Origin: Candidatus Thorarchaeota archaeon
GTDB taxonomy: Archaea > Asgardarchaeota > Lokiarchaeia > Sigyniarchaeales > SOKP01
Assembly: GCA_048882645.1 (NCBI GenBank)
Contig: JBHLRJ010000001.1
Location: forward strand, 22,945-86,944
Direction: 5' to 3'
Length of the DNA: 64,000 nucleotides
The notes below the pieces were generated by a model. That model was not told the origin of the DNA. It saw nothing but the letters and a program-made list of their open reading frames with translations, and searched no databases. Of this stretch, positions 44,793 to 54,044 are shown piece by piece. Each line of letters opens with the position of its first letter. Within the stretch, counting starts at the first letter, position 1. The translations under genes were made by a program, and so were the position numbers.

Positions 44793-45440
44793 TTAATGAT
44801 CCTTCCTTTCGTTTTCAAAACACTTCTTCAAGTCATCCATCTGAATTGCTAAAGAAACATCTCCCCTTGTTTTTTCAATTATATTTCTTGCTACATCAAC
44901 TTTATGTCTTAATTCTTGGGTTACACCAATCGGGTAGTCGATAGAAAAAAGATTTGTGTAAATCTCATCCATGTTTTCCAATATTATGTTCAGCTCTTTG
45001 GTTTGAGATTTCCTTATATTATCTAAAGCATATCTTCTTAACTCACCAACTACATCTGCCAAACCTAATGCAAAGTTTAAAGGATCAATCCCCAATTCAG
45101 ATGGTGAAGGGATATCTTTATTATTTATTATTGAATAAAAAGCAATTAACTCTGTCATTTCTTGTTCTGGGGTCTTCAGATATTTAGAAAAAAATCCCCG
45201 ATTTTTTTCTATTAATTTAACTAAATTCTCATGATGATTTTTTATTAGATTTAATTTTTCGTGAAATTTATCAAATTCTTTCCTATGTATATTTTTTATA
45301 CCAATGCTACAATCTCGTACAATATCTCGAGACAAATGTAAAATTTCTTCTCTATCATGATAGAGGAGCTCCAGTAATTTTGAAATCTCTGAAAATGCTT
45401 TTTTAAGATTCATTATTATAGAGAAAAAATCTAGAAACAA
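44793..45440 (-). CDS. translin-family protein
   Basis: 215-aa ORF, with the likely start at 'MNLKK'. An all-helical protein with the translin-type block 'ALGLADVVGELRRYALD'. Confidence 0.65.
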   Translation of the reverse strand: MFLDFFSIIMNLKKAFSEISKLLELLYHDREEILHLSRDIVRDCSIGIKNIHRKEFDKFHEKLNLIKNHHENLVKLIEKNRGFFSKYLKTPEQEMTELIAFYSIINNKDIPSPSELGIDPLNFALGLADVVGELRRYALDNIRKSQTKELNIILENMDEIYTNLFSIDYPIGVTQELRHKVDVARNIIEKTRGDVSLAIQMDDLKKCFENERKDH

Positions 45441-45538
45441 TTATTTTGAATTCTGTATATAATTATATATCAAAAGTAAGAAAAGTATTTAGAATTTATT
45501 ATAATGTATTAGTTAAATACTAAACAAAAGGATTTAAC

Positions 45539-47599
45539 ATGAAAATCTTATTAATTCACTCTCAAGATGTTGAAGTCACTAAGAATAAAGAAGCAACCAG
45601 TAATCCACAAGAGTTTGCAGAGGATTATATAAAAATGGAAGGCCTTGTATTGGTGTGTTACGTATCAGTTGAAGATCAAGACACTTATGATACTGATTTG
45701 ATAGCAAAGCAAGCTGCGGAAGAGATTGAAGTAGCCATCTTACAAATTACGGGGTTTCCTGAGCAAATTAGACAAAAAAATGAAGAAATAAGGATATTTA
45801 ATAAAAAAGTAGAAAAAGGTGAAATAAAGGGAAAGCCAAGGAAAGAATTAGAACTGATTAAAGATAGGGATTATTATCAAGTTGATAAAGTCTTAGTATA
45901 CCCTTGGGCACATTTAAGTAAATTTCTTAGTAATGAGGTAAGTGCGATGGACGTATGCCCAAAAATAGTCAGATTTTTGGAGGAAAAAGGTGTAGAAGCT
46001 AGATTTTCTCCTTTTGGGTGGTATAAGTCGTTTAAAATTAACTGTTTAGGTCATGAATTAGCCGAGATGTATCGAGATGTTAAATTAGCTATTAAACCTG
46101 AGGAACAGATTAAAAATTCTGTATTTAAAGTAATTACACCTGCAGGAAAGAGTATTAGGTTAGAATTTGATAAGGATCAAAAAGTTATCACCCCAGAAGA
46201 GATAAAAGATGAAGATTTCAAATTTTTCCTAAAATCTGAATTAGGTTCAAGAATAGTTGACAAGGCAGTTGAACCTGTTCACATAAAAGTAATGAAAGAA
46301 TTTGAATTGGTTGATTTTGATCCAAATACCGATGCTGGGAATTTTAGATGGTATACAAAAGGAGTTATTATGAAAAACTTAATTAAAAATTTCGTTGAAG
46401 ATAGGATAATAGACTATGGTGCAATCCTTATTGATACTCCAATCATGTATAATGTGAAAAATAAGAAATTGACAGCTCAAACTGCCCGGTTTCCGGCAAG
46501 AAGTTATTGGCTTGAATCTGGAAAAGATAGATTCATATTAAGATATGCTAGTGATTTTCTTTTATTCGATTTATTCTCCCAAATGAATTTAAAACCTCAC
46601 TACTTTCCATTAAAAGCATATGAATATGAGCAATATGATTTCAGGAGAGAACAAGAAGGAGAGTTATCAGGATTAAGAAGGTTACGGGGTTTTATCATGC
46701 CAGATATGCACACGATGTGCAAAAATTTAGAATCCTCTATTGATGAGTTCAAAAAACAATATAAGCTAATTAGAGATTTAGAAAAAGATTTAGGTATAAA
46801 CTCATATAGTATTTTTCGTGCCACAGTAGAATTTTGGGAGAATAATGAAGATTGGATAATTGATTTGATAAAATCAGAGCGATCACCAGCTTTGATAGAA
46901 TTATGGGAGGAGAGATATTATTATTACGTATTAAAATTTGAAAGGAATGTACTTTCAGCCCAAAATAGGAGCTCAACATTGGCTACTAACCAAATAGATG
47001 TTGAAAGTTCATTAGAATCCATGATCGATACTGATGGCAAGGAGAGACAGAAATATAATATTTCATTCAAAGATACTGATGGTCAAGTAAAATATCCCAT
47101 CATTCTTCATAATTCTCCTACGGGAGGTTTAGAAAGAGTGTTATGGGGCTTGATCGAATCTGCGGTCCGAAATAAGGATAAAATTGTTCCGGGTTTTAAA
47201 ACATGGTTATCACCAATACAAGTTAGAATAATTACCGTAAGTGATGACCAGAATGAGTATGGGGAAAAGTTATTAAGTATCATCAATCGTGAGTCCTTTA
47301 GGGCAGACTTCGATGATCGGGAAGAAACGGTGGGTAAAAAAATCAGGCAATCAGAACTAGATTGGATCCCTTATACAATTATTATAGGTAAAAAAGAACA
47401 AGAAAATCAAACTATCTCTATAAGAAAAAGAATGATTGGACAACCTTTTGAACCAAAAAAGCAAACTTCTAAACAACTAAATAATGTAAAGCTGGAAAAA
47501 TTACTAGTATTTCTCGAAGATGATACTAGAAATTTCCCTAAGTACAAATTACCAATACCATTTAGAAGGTTTTCAACGAGAATATCGTTCAGAAAATGA
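45539..47599 (+). CDS. thrS: threonyl-tRNA synthetase (archaeal type with N-terminal editing domain)
   Basis: 686-aa ORF. Class II motif 2 'FRREQEGELSGLRRLRGF', motif 3 region 'GGLERVLWGLIE' and a C-terminal anticodon-binding domain. The N-terminus 'MKILLIHS' is as in the archaeal DTD-like editing domain. Confidence 0.9.
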   Translation: MKILLIHSQDVEVTKNKEATSNPQEFAEDYIKMEGLVLVCYVSVEDQDTYDTDLIAKQAAEEIEVAILQITGFPEQIRQKNEEIRIFNKKVEKGEIKGKPRKELELIKDRDYYQVDKVLVYPWAHLSKFLSNEVSAMDVCPKIVRFLEEKGVEARFSPFGWYKSFKINCLGHELAEMYRDVKLAIKPEEQIKNSVFKVITPAGKSIRLEFDKDQKVITPEEIKDEDFKFFLKSELGSRIVDKAVEPVHIKVMKEFELVDFDPNTDAGNFRWYTKGVIMKNLIKNFVEDRIIDYGAILIDTPIMYNVKNKKLTAQTARFPARSYWLESGKDRFILRYASDFLLFDLFSQMNLKPHYFPLKAYEYEQYDFRREQEGELSGLRRLRGFIMPDMHTMCKNLESSIDEFKKQYKLIRDLEKDLGINSYSIFRATVEFWENNEDWIIDLIKSERSPALIELWEERYYYYVLKFERNVLSAQNRSSTLATNQIDVESSLESMIDTDGKERQKYNISFKDTDGQVKYPIILHNSPTGGLERVLWGLIESAVRNKDKIVPGFKTWLSPIQVRIITVSDDQNEYGEKLLSIINRESFRADFDDREETVGKKIRQSELDWIPYTIIIGKKEQENQTISIRKRMIGQPFEPKKQTSKQLNNVKLEKLLVFLEDDTRNFPKYKLPIPFRRFSTRISFRK

Positions 47600-47619
47600 A
47601 TTAAATAAGAATTTTAATA

Positions 47620-48246
47620 TTGCATCTAATGACAACTAAAGTAATTATCTTTGATTTAGGGGGAGTAGTTATTGATTTGGATTTTTCCAATTTCTATAAT
47701 AAGATAATCACTCAATCTCCTTTAAATAAACCTCAAACTCCAATTATTTTAGAGTTTTTTCGCCAATCGGACATATATCATCAAGGAAATATGACTGATA
47801 GTGAATTTTATCAACTCGCTTGTGATCTCCTCCAAGTTTGTATGGTGAATCAATTGGATTTTTTCGATGCCTTCAATAGCATTATTTCAGATATTAATCT
47901 TGAGATTATTGAGTTAATCCGACATTTGCGAAATACTAATAAATATAAACTAATTGCATTATCTAATGTAAATTCTAGTCATTGGAAGTATATCATGAAT
48001 AAAAAGTGGGATTTTATTGACTATTTTGATGAATTGATCCTCTCTCACGAAATCCATTTGATCAAACCTAATCCTAAGATCTTCGAAATTGCAATTAAAA
48101 AATCAGGTTGTAAGCCTGAAGAAATCGTTTATATTGATGATGGACTTAATAATATTCGATCTGCTAAAGAATTTGGGATATATGGAATAAAATTTACTAA
48201 CAAAGAAGATTTAATTAAAGAGTTCAAGAACTTACAGATTCTGTAA
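47620..48246 (+). CDS. HAD-superfamily hydrolase (subfamily IA-like)
   Basis: 208-aa ORF. 'IIFDLGGVVID', 'ALSNVN', 'LIKPNPKIF' and 'YIDDGLNN'. Confidence 0.75.
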   Translation: MHLMTTKVIIFDLGGVVIDLDFSNFYNKIITQSPLNKPQTPIILEFFRQSDIYHQGNMTDSEFYQLACDLLQVCMVNQLDFFDAFNSIISDINLEIIELIRHLRNTNKYKLIALSNVNSSHWKYIMNKKWDFIDYFDELILSHEIHLIKPNPKIFEIAIKKSGCKPEEIVYIDDGLNNIRSAKEFGIYGIKFTNKEDLIKEFKNLQIL

Positions 48247-48268
48247 TAGTAAATAAGTGTAATATACA

Positions 48269-48793
48269 TTAAAGCTCCCCAGCATCTTCTAAACATGCTT
48301 TCGCAATGAGTTCAAACGCTTTTTCTACATTTTCTCCGGTTTTTGCTGAGGTCTCCATATATTCACAGTTTAGTCTTTTAGCCGAATCTTCAGCTTCTTC
48401 TCGATCAACTTCTCGTTCTAAATCTACTTTATTTCCAAGGAGAATCATAGGAATAGCTTTTTTTACAGTTTTTTTAATTGAACTTATCCATCCAGGAATC
48501 TTTAATAGTGTTTGACTAGATGATAAATCAAATACGCCAAGAGCACCATTACTTCCCTTAAAATAGATTGTACGGAGTTTATGAAATTGAGGTTGTCCTC
48601 CTATATCCCAAAGTAAAAGACGTACATTCTTCCCACCAATGTCTACATCTTTGATAAGGAAATTACTGCCAATAGTTTTTTTTAAATCATCACTAAAATA
48701 ATCTTTAATGTAGCGTAGTAAAAGACTTGTTTTTCCTACACCTCCAGGTCCAAAAAGAGTTATTTTGAATTTATATTGCCCTTTCCCTGACAT
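48269..48793 (-). CDS. Ras/Rab-like small GTPase
   Basis: 174-aa ORF with all five G-boxes: G1 'GPGGVGKTS', G2 'KKTIG', G3 'WDIGGQ', G4 'GNKVD', G5 'ETSAK'. No C-terminal CAAX/CC prenylation motif. Confidence 0.9.
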   Translation of the reverse strand: MSGKGQYKFKITLFGPGGVGKTSLLLRYIKDYFSDDLKKTIGSNFLIKDVDIGGKNVRLLLWDIGGQPQFHKLRTIYFKGSNGALGVFDLSSSQTLLKIPGWISSIKKTVKKAIPMILLGNKVDLEREVDREEAEDSAKRLNCEYMETSAKTGENVEKAFELIAKACLEDAGEL

Positions 48794-49061
48794 CTTTCAA
48801 CTCCTTACCATAAACATATATTCAATTTATATCCTTAAAAATTAGAATTTATATTAATTTATTATGATAGAGATCTAATAAATTTAGTAATAATAAATTC
48901 ATTTATTATTATTTCATATTATTCTTCAAAGATATTTATATATTTACAAAGAGAAAAAATGTTAGATTACCAAGTTAGGCTTTTTCAAACTATTAATCTA
49001 TCTTGAACGAATAATCCATGTCATTTGCCTTATTGGAGTTATTAACTGTTTTTTGGGAGAT

Positions 49062-50366
49062 TTATTTCGTTTTTTTTCCCTTCTTCCCAAGTTGACTCAT
49101 TAGCCACTCGGGACTCCCAACTCCATCAAAATACTTTGACCAAATATACATCAGAAATCCTAAAAGGGCAGCATAACCACAGAACATGATAGGGTAAAAC
49201 ATAATTGAAAAAGAACCAAGATAAAGAGGGAGGAATAAATATTGAATTAGAAACAATGAAAGACTAGTTTTACCATAAAAATTCACCATTTTTATGACAT
49301 CAGTATTCCTTTTTTTAATATCAATATAATAAAAAGAAACTCCAATTATAAGTAAAGCAGCTCCAAGGTTGTATAACATATTCGAAGCTGTACCTCTTAC
49401 CATGAAATCGAACATCCCTGGAAACACAGTTCTAAGCTGGACGGGCAATCCTTGTTGTTGATTTGCAATTCTTAGTAAATCAATATGCAGATATTCTGAT
49501 TTCACCACATAATTTGATAGAAAAGGTATGTAAATATAATTATCATCTGGTGCCACATTTATTAACCTTAGACCTAGAGCTAAACCAATTATAACCAAGA
49601 CCGCTCCCCATCTCATAAAAGTTTTAAAAAGGTTTTTATATGCTTCAGCCGTTCCTGAAATCATTGCTTCATAGAGTAATTCACCAAAAATCGTAGATAG
49701 AAAACATGTAGATAAAAATGGAAGAATAGGAACTTGTGGAAGTGGTGATGTTATTATAAAATGTAAGATCCAAATTCCTACATTATCATCCTTAAAAACA
49801 TAGAGTAGTTCTCTAATAAACGGTGAGATAAATATTATAAAAATACCTAAAACTGCACGTGTAAATTTACTGAATTTCAGTGAATAGTAAGATAAAATCT
49901 GGGAAAATCCTATAAACATGAGCACATTCCATCCCCAAAGATTCAAGGGAAAGGGGTATGCTACACCGGAGGTTTGAAGTGATAATGGATTAAATAATAT
50001 TCCAATTATAATTATAACAAAACCTCTCATAAATACCCGATTTCGAATAGATTTATCAGAAACTGTATCTTTCTTTCTTTTAATACTAAAAACGACACTA
50101 AGAGCTGAGAGGAAAACAAATAGAGTCGGACCTAAAATATCTAAAAATGCGAATACCAACCCATATATATACCTCCAATCGCTATCAAACCAAGCAAAAG
50201 CAGCATGAGCTAAAATAATAAATATCATGGCAAGACCTTTAACGAAATCGATAGAGGCAATTCTTTTTTTTGAATCTCTTATCCCCTTGCCAGAGACATT
50301 TTCTTCGAAATAATTGTTCAAGTACTGTGTTTCTGAACTTTGGATATCATTTTTGGTATTTGACAT
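49062..50366 (-). CDS. multi-pass membrane protein, DUF1624/HGSNAT-like putative transmembrane acyltransferase (paralog 1)
   Basis: 434-aa ORF. 'RIASIDFVKGLAMIFIILAHA' resembles the HGSNAT/DUF1624 N-terminal motif. It is collinear with 51990..53399, including the C-terminal 'GVGSPEWLM'. Confidence 0.65.
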   Translation of the reverse strand: MSNTKNDIQSSETQYLNNYFEENVSGKGIRDSKKRIASIDFVKGLAMIFIILAHAAFAWFDSDWRYIYGLVFAFLDILGPTLFVFLSALSVVFSIKRKKDTVSDKSIRNRVFMRGFVIIIIGILFNPLSLQTSGVAYPFPLNLWGWNVLMFIGFSQILSYYSLKFSKFTRAVLGIFIIFISPFIRELLYVFKDDNVGIWILHFIITSPLPQVPILPFLSTCFLSTIFGELLYEAMISGTAEAYKNLFKTFMRWGAVLVIIGLALGLRLINVAPDDNYIYIPFLSNYVVKSEYLHIDLLRIANQQQGLPVQLRTVFPGMFDFMVRGTASNMLYNLGAALLIIGVSFYYIDIKKRNTDVIKMVNFYGKTSLSLFLIQYLFLPLYLGSFSIMFYPIMFCGYAALLGFLMYIWSKYFDGVGSPEWLMSQLGKKGKKTK

Positions 50367-50627
50367 CTTTGAACATCTCCTAGTTTATAGTTTTCAATAT
50401 TGAAATTAAAAAAGAAAAATCTAATCTCCTAATTAAATATTTATATATTTTATTGTAAAATCTATGTCAGTAGAAATTTTTTCTTAAAGCTCAAAACATT
50501 CGATTTAGGGATCTAATATCAATAAGTAGGGAAGCTAATTCTACGTTTTGAATACTATCCATAAAATCAACTAAAAGGATTGAGATTAATTTAATTTTTA
50601 TATGATTTAAAACTCATGAGACTCACA

Positions 50628-51905
50628 TTATCTTTGTCTATAAAAAGTTATTAGAGTATAATAAAGTAAGATTATTAATATAAGTCCACCGATATTAAAA
50701 GGGACAATTTGATATGTGAGATAAAAGATCCCCCAAAAAGCCACGAGTAATATAGCGAACAAATAATGGAGATATTTAAAAAATGCATACAACCTAAAAT
50801 TCTTATTTAATAAAAGAAAAAAGATCAAGAAGGGAGCCAATACAACAATATGATGGGGCCAAGAATCGAAATATACCAAGAGTGTAATAGTAATTGCTGA
50901 TAAATATCCATAAATTAACTTATTTGTATTATCTGTTGAAGAAATAAACAGTAAATATAAGGGGAGAAAGGATATAAGAATAATAATACTAAAGACCAAG
51001 ATATTATTGACATCTAAATTAACCAAGTCAAATACGATTAATATAACTCTCGTAAGACTGAAGGAGGGATTAATTTCTAAATCTCCACCAACTTGATATG
51101 TATATTTACCGGCAAGGTTTACTTCAATAAAACCATTTAACATTTCAGGATATACTATGAAAAAGATTCCTGAAAACCCGATTAATATAATAGGACCACA
51201 TAATCTAATTACTGACTGTTTGAAGTGAAATGTTAACTTTTTAGATGCTCTATTGTAACTTATCAAAAGGATAAATGGTAATATAAGTATTAAAGTAGGT
51301 TTAATTAGTATTCCTAGTCCTAATAAACACCCTCCAAGAAAATTGTTTCGATTACCTCCGTTTAAAAAGTAAAAAAGCGAAGCGAGAACGAAAAAGCAAA
51401 CAAGAATGTTGATCTGGCCTAAAAAATAATTCATAAATTGTGGGAGCATTATTAAAAATAGAGCATTTTGATGAAGCACAGATTTATTTTCTATCTTGTA
51501 GAATATGTCTTTAAAATTATTTAAGCTATAGTCAATATTTACATTTGAGCTAATCTTTTTATAGACTTGAATGATTTTAAACATTAAATAAATATTTAGA
51601 AAATTTAGGAAAAAATTGAAGATTTGAAATACAAAATAACCTAATTCTACTCCTAATACTGAAAAGGGTGTAAAGAAATAAGCAGCCAGAGGAAAATATC
51701 TAAAGGGAAATAAATAAAGGGAAGCATCATATAAATTTGGTAAATCTGTTATAACGATATTACCTGCATTATAAAAAGTTAAGAAGTCATTATTATCAGC
51801 ACTCATTAAAAAACTATCTAAAAAATAAAAGAAGATAAACGTAAGAACTAGGTAAAATCCATTAACGAAAAATGCTATTAGGAAAAATTTCTGAGTGTTA
51901 TTCAT
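50628..51905 (-). CDS. multi-pass membrane protein, GT-C-type glycosyltransferase-like (DUF2029/GT87-like)
   Basis: 425-aa ORF with more than 10 TM segments. The first loop 'DFLTFYNAGN...LYD...FRYFPL' resembles the DUF2029 mannosyltransferase-like family. Tentative. Confidence 0.5.
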   Translation of the reverse strand: MNNTQKFFLIAFFVNGFYLVLTFIFFYFLDSFLMSADNNDFLTFYNAGNIVITDLPNLYDASLYLFPFRYFPLAAYFFTPFSVLGVELGYFVFQIFNFFLNFLNIYLMFKIIQVYKKISSNVNIDYSLNNFKDIFYKIENKSVLHQNALFLIMLPQFMNYFLGQINILVCFFVLASLFYFLNGGNRNNFLGGCLLGLGILIKPTLILILPFILLISYNRASKKLTFHFKQSVIRLCGPIILIGFSGIFFIVYPEMLNGFIEVNLAGKYTYQVGGDLEINPSFSLTRVILIVFDLVNLDVNNILVFSIIILISFLPLYLLFISSTDNTNKLIYGYLSAITITLLVYFDSWPHHIVVLAPFLIFFLLLNKNFRLYAFFKYLHYLFAILLVAFWGIFYLTYQIVPFNIGGLILIILLYYTLITFYRQR

Positions 51906-51989
51906 AAATAATTCTCAATTTGCTCCTTTTATGTGATTAGATATAAAATAATTATTTAATATTAAAAAATATTGAGATGTACAAGAGGA

Positions 51990-53399
51990 TTAGGTATTAT
52001 CCTCGTTTTTTGACAGTTTTTTCATAAATTCTTCCATTTTTTTCACTCTTTCCCTTTTAATCTTATTGTACACCTTTTTAGAAGTTTTCTTAACCGCTTC
52101 TCCTGATTTTTGACCAACTCTACCAATTTGTATCATAAGCCATTCTGGTGAGCCAACACCTTTAGCATATTCCATCCAAATATACATAAAAAGCCCCATG
52201 AAGCCAACATAAGAAAGACCGACTACTAGAAATAATGGAATGTTAAATTGATCAACAAATAAGGGGATAAATAAAAAATGAATTAAGAATAAACTTAATG
52301 AAACTTTACCATAGTATATCAACATTCTAACTACATTAGTTGATTTATTCTTTATGTCAATAAAATAGAAGAATATCGAGATAATAAATAGAGCAGCACC
52401 TTGATTATAAAACATATTAGCACTTGTTCCTCGAATTAAAAAAGTAGGCATTCCAGGGATAACAAACATACTTTGATCATTTGCAAGTGTTAATAACCTT
52501 ATATGGGGGTATTCAGAGGATATTATTGCACCACCATCTTCTATAGGGGTTTGGAGTGCCCACCCTGGTTGCCAGTTAGTAATATTTAGCCCCACAGGAA
52601 AAATAAAGAATATTCCTATTAAAATAAATAATAATCCCCATATGAAAAATATTCGAAACAAACCTACGTAAGCATCATCGGTTCCTTTATTCATTGCCTC
52701 AAAAATATATTCCCCAAATATAGTTGAGATAAAACTTATCGAAACCCATGGCAAAAGAGTTAAATGAGGAGTTGGAGAAGTTATAATGTAATGGAGAATA
52801 ATAAATAGAACATTACCTTGTTCTGTTCCAAGATAAAGGAGATCTCTTAAAACGGGTGAAAAAAGGATAATTAATAAACCGATTATAATACGTTGAGTTT
52901 TACTTAATTTCAAGATATAAAAAGCGAATATTTGAGAAAACCCAATAAAAGTAATTATATTCCAGCCCCAGATCGCAATCTTAAGCCTGCCTCCTTCAAT
53001 AATCACTATATTAGTTATCATTCCGATTACGATCATTACAATTCCCCGAGTAAAAATTCGATTCCTAATAATTTTTTGGGGAAGAATCCCTTCTTTTCTT
53101 TTAATGCTGAAAATTACACTCAAAGCTGAAAGGAAAACAAACAATGAGGGACCAAGTATATCTAATAGAGTAAAAAGAATCCCATATAAATATCTAGATT
53201 CGCCATCTAGCCAACCACTAGCAGTATGAGCTAATATAATAAAAACGATCGCAAATCCCTTCACAAAATCAATTGATTTGATACGTCTGGGAGAAGCATA
53301 ATCTTTAATATCTTCAAGAGGAATTTCTTGTTTCAAGTAATTAAAGAGAGGTGGTGATTCTGTTTCTGTGACTGAATCAATCCGGGACATTTTACTCAC
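51990..53399 (-). CDS. multi-pass membrane protein, DUF1624/HGSNAT-like putative acyltransferase (paralog 2)
   Basis: 469-aa ORF. 'RRIKSIDFVKGFAIVFIILAHT', a shared 'LDILGPxLFVFLSALSV(V/I)FSIKRK' block and 'GVGSPEWLM'. Confidence 0.65.
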   Translation of the reverse strand: MSKMSRIDSVTETESPPLFNYLKQEIPLEDIKDYASPRRIKSIDFVKGFAIVFIILAHTASGWLDGESRYLYGILFTLLDILGPSLFVFLSALSVIFSIKRKEGILPQKIIRNRIFTRGIVMIVIGMITNIVIIEGGRLKIAIWGWNIITFIGFSQIFAFYILKLSKTQRIIIGLLIILFSPVLRDLLYLGTEQGNVLFIILHYIITSPTPHLTLLPWVSISFISTIFGEYIFEAMNKGTDDAYVGLFRIFFIWGLLFILIGIFFIFPVGLNITNWQPGWALQTPIEDGGAIISSEYPHIRLLTLANDQSMFVIPGMPTFLIRGTSANMFYNQGAALFIISIFFYFIDIKNKSTNVVRMLIYYGKVSLSLFLIHFLFIPLFVDQFNIPLFLVVGLSYVGFMGLFMYIWMEYAKGVGSPEWLMIQIGRVGQKSGEAVKKTSKKVYNKIKRERVKKMEEFMKKLSKNEDNT

Positions 53400-53519
53400 T
53401 TATTTAATAATTTGATTGGTAATTGATTATCTAACAAAAATTAATATTTTCAAAATTTATTTTAATATTATTCTTTTTGAATTTTTATAGTTTTTCAAAA
53501 ATATAATGCGAATTGATAA

Positions 53520-53930
53520 TTGATGGAATTTAAAAAATTACTTGTTCCTTTACTTCTTGGGCTAATTGGCCCGATACTAGTAATCTTATCAGAATTTTTT
53601 CCATGGTTTTCAGAGTATAATTTAATTGAACTATATACAATCTTTTTTACTACAGGGGATACAAATTCCTATCTATTTCTCTTTCCTTTAATAAGCGGAT
53701 TTATTTGCTTGATAGCAAATATACTAGTTATTGTTAATTCGAAATTCAGAATCAAATCAGTTATCATCTCTTTCATTGGATTAGGATTTCAAATTTTCTT
53801 TTTTATTCACCATATTGCTCAAGAAATCGAGTTTCTTCCAAATGCAAATATTGGTTTGTATTTAGGAATTTTTGGATTTATTTTTATTATCATTAATATA
53901 ATATATGTGTTGAGTATAGTAGAAAGATAA
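53520..53930 (+). CDS. small integral membrane protein (4 TM)
   Basis: 136-aa hydrophobic ORF. Confidence 0.5.
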   Translation: MMEFKKLLVPLLLGLIGPILVILSEFFPWFSEYNLIELYTIFFTTGDTNSYLFLFPLISGFICLIANILVIVNSKFRIKSVIISFIGLGFQIFFFIHHIAQEIEFLPNANIGLYLGIFGFIFIIINIIYVLSIVER

Positions 53931-54044
53931 TTTCGAGGTTTATAAACAATTAGTAGGAAACAAAATAACGGGAGAGTAAATGAAGAAAACCAAGACGCAG
54001 AATCAAGTTTCTATTATGCTTTAGGTCATGAAATCCGTAGAAAA

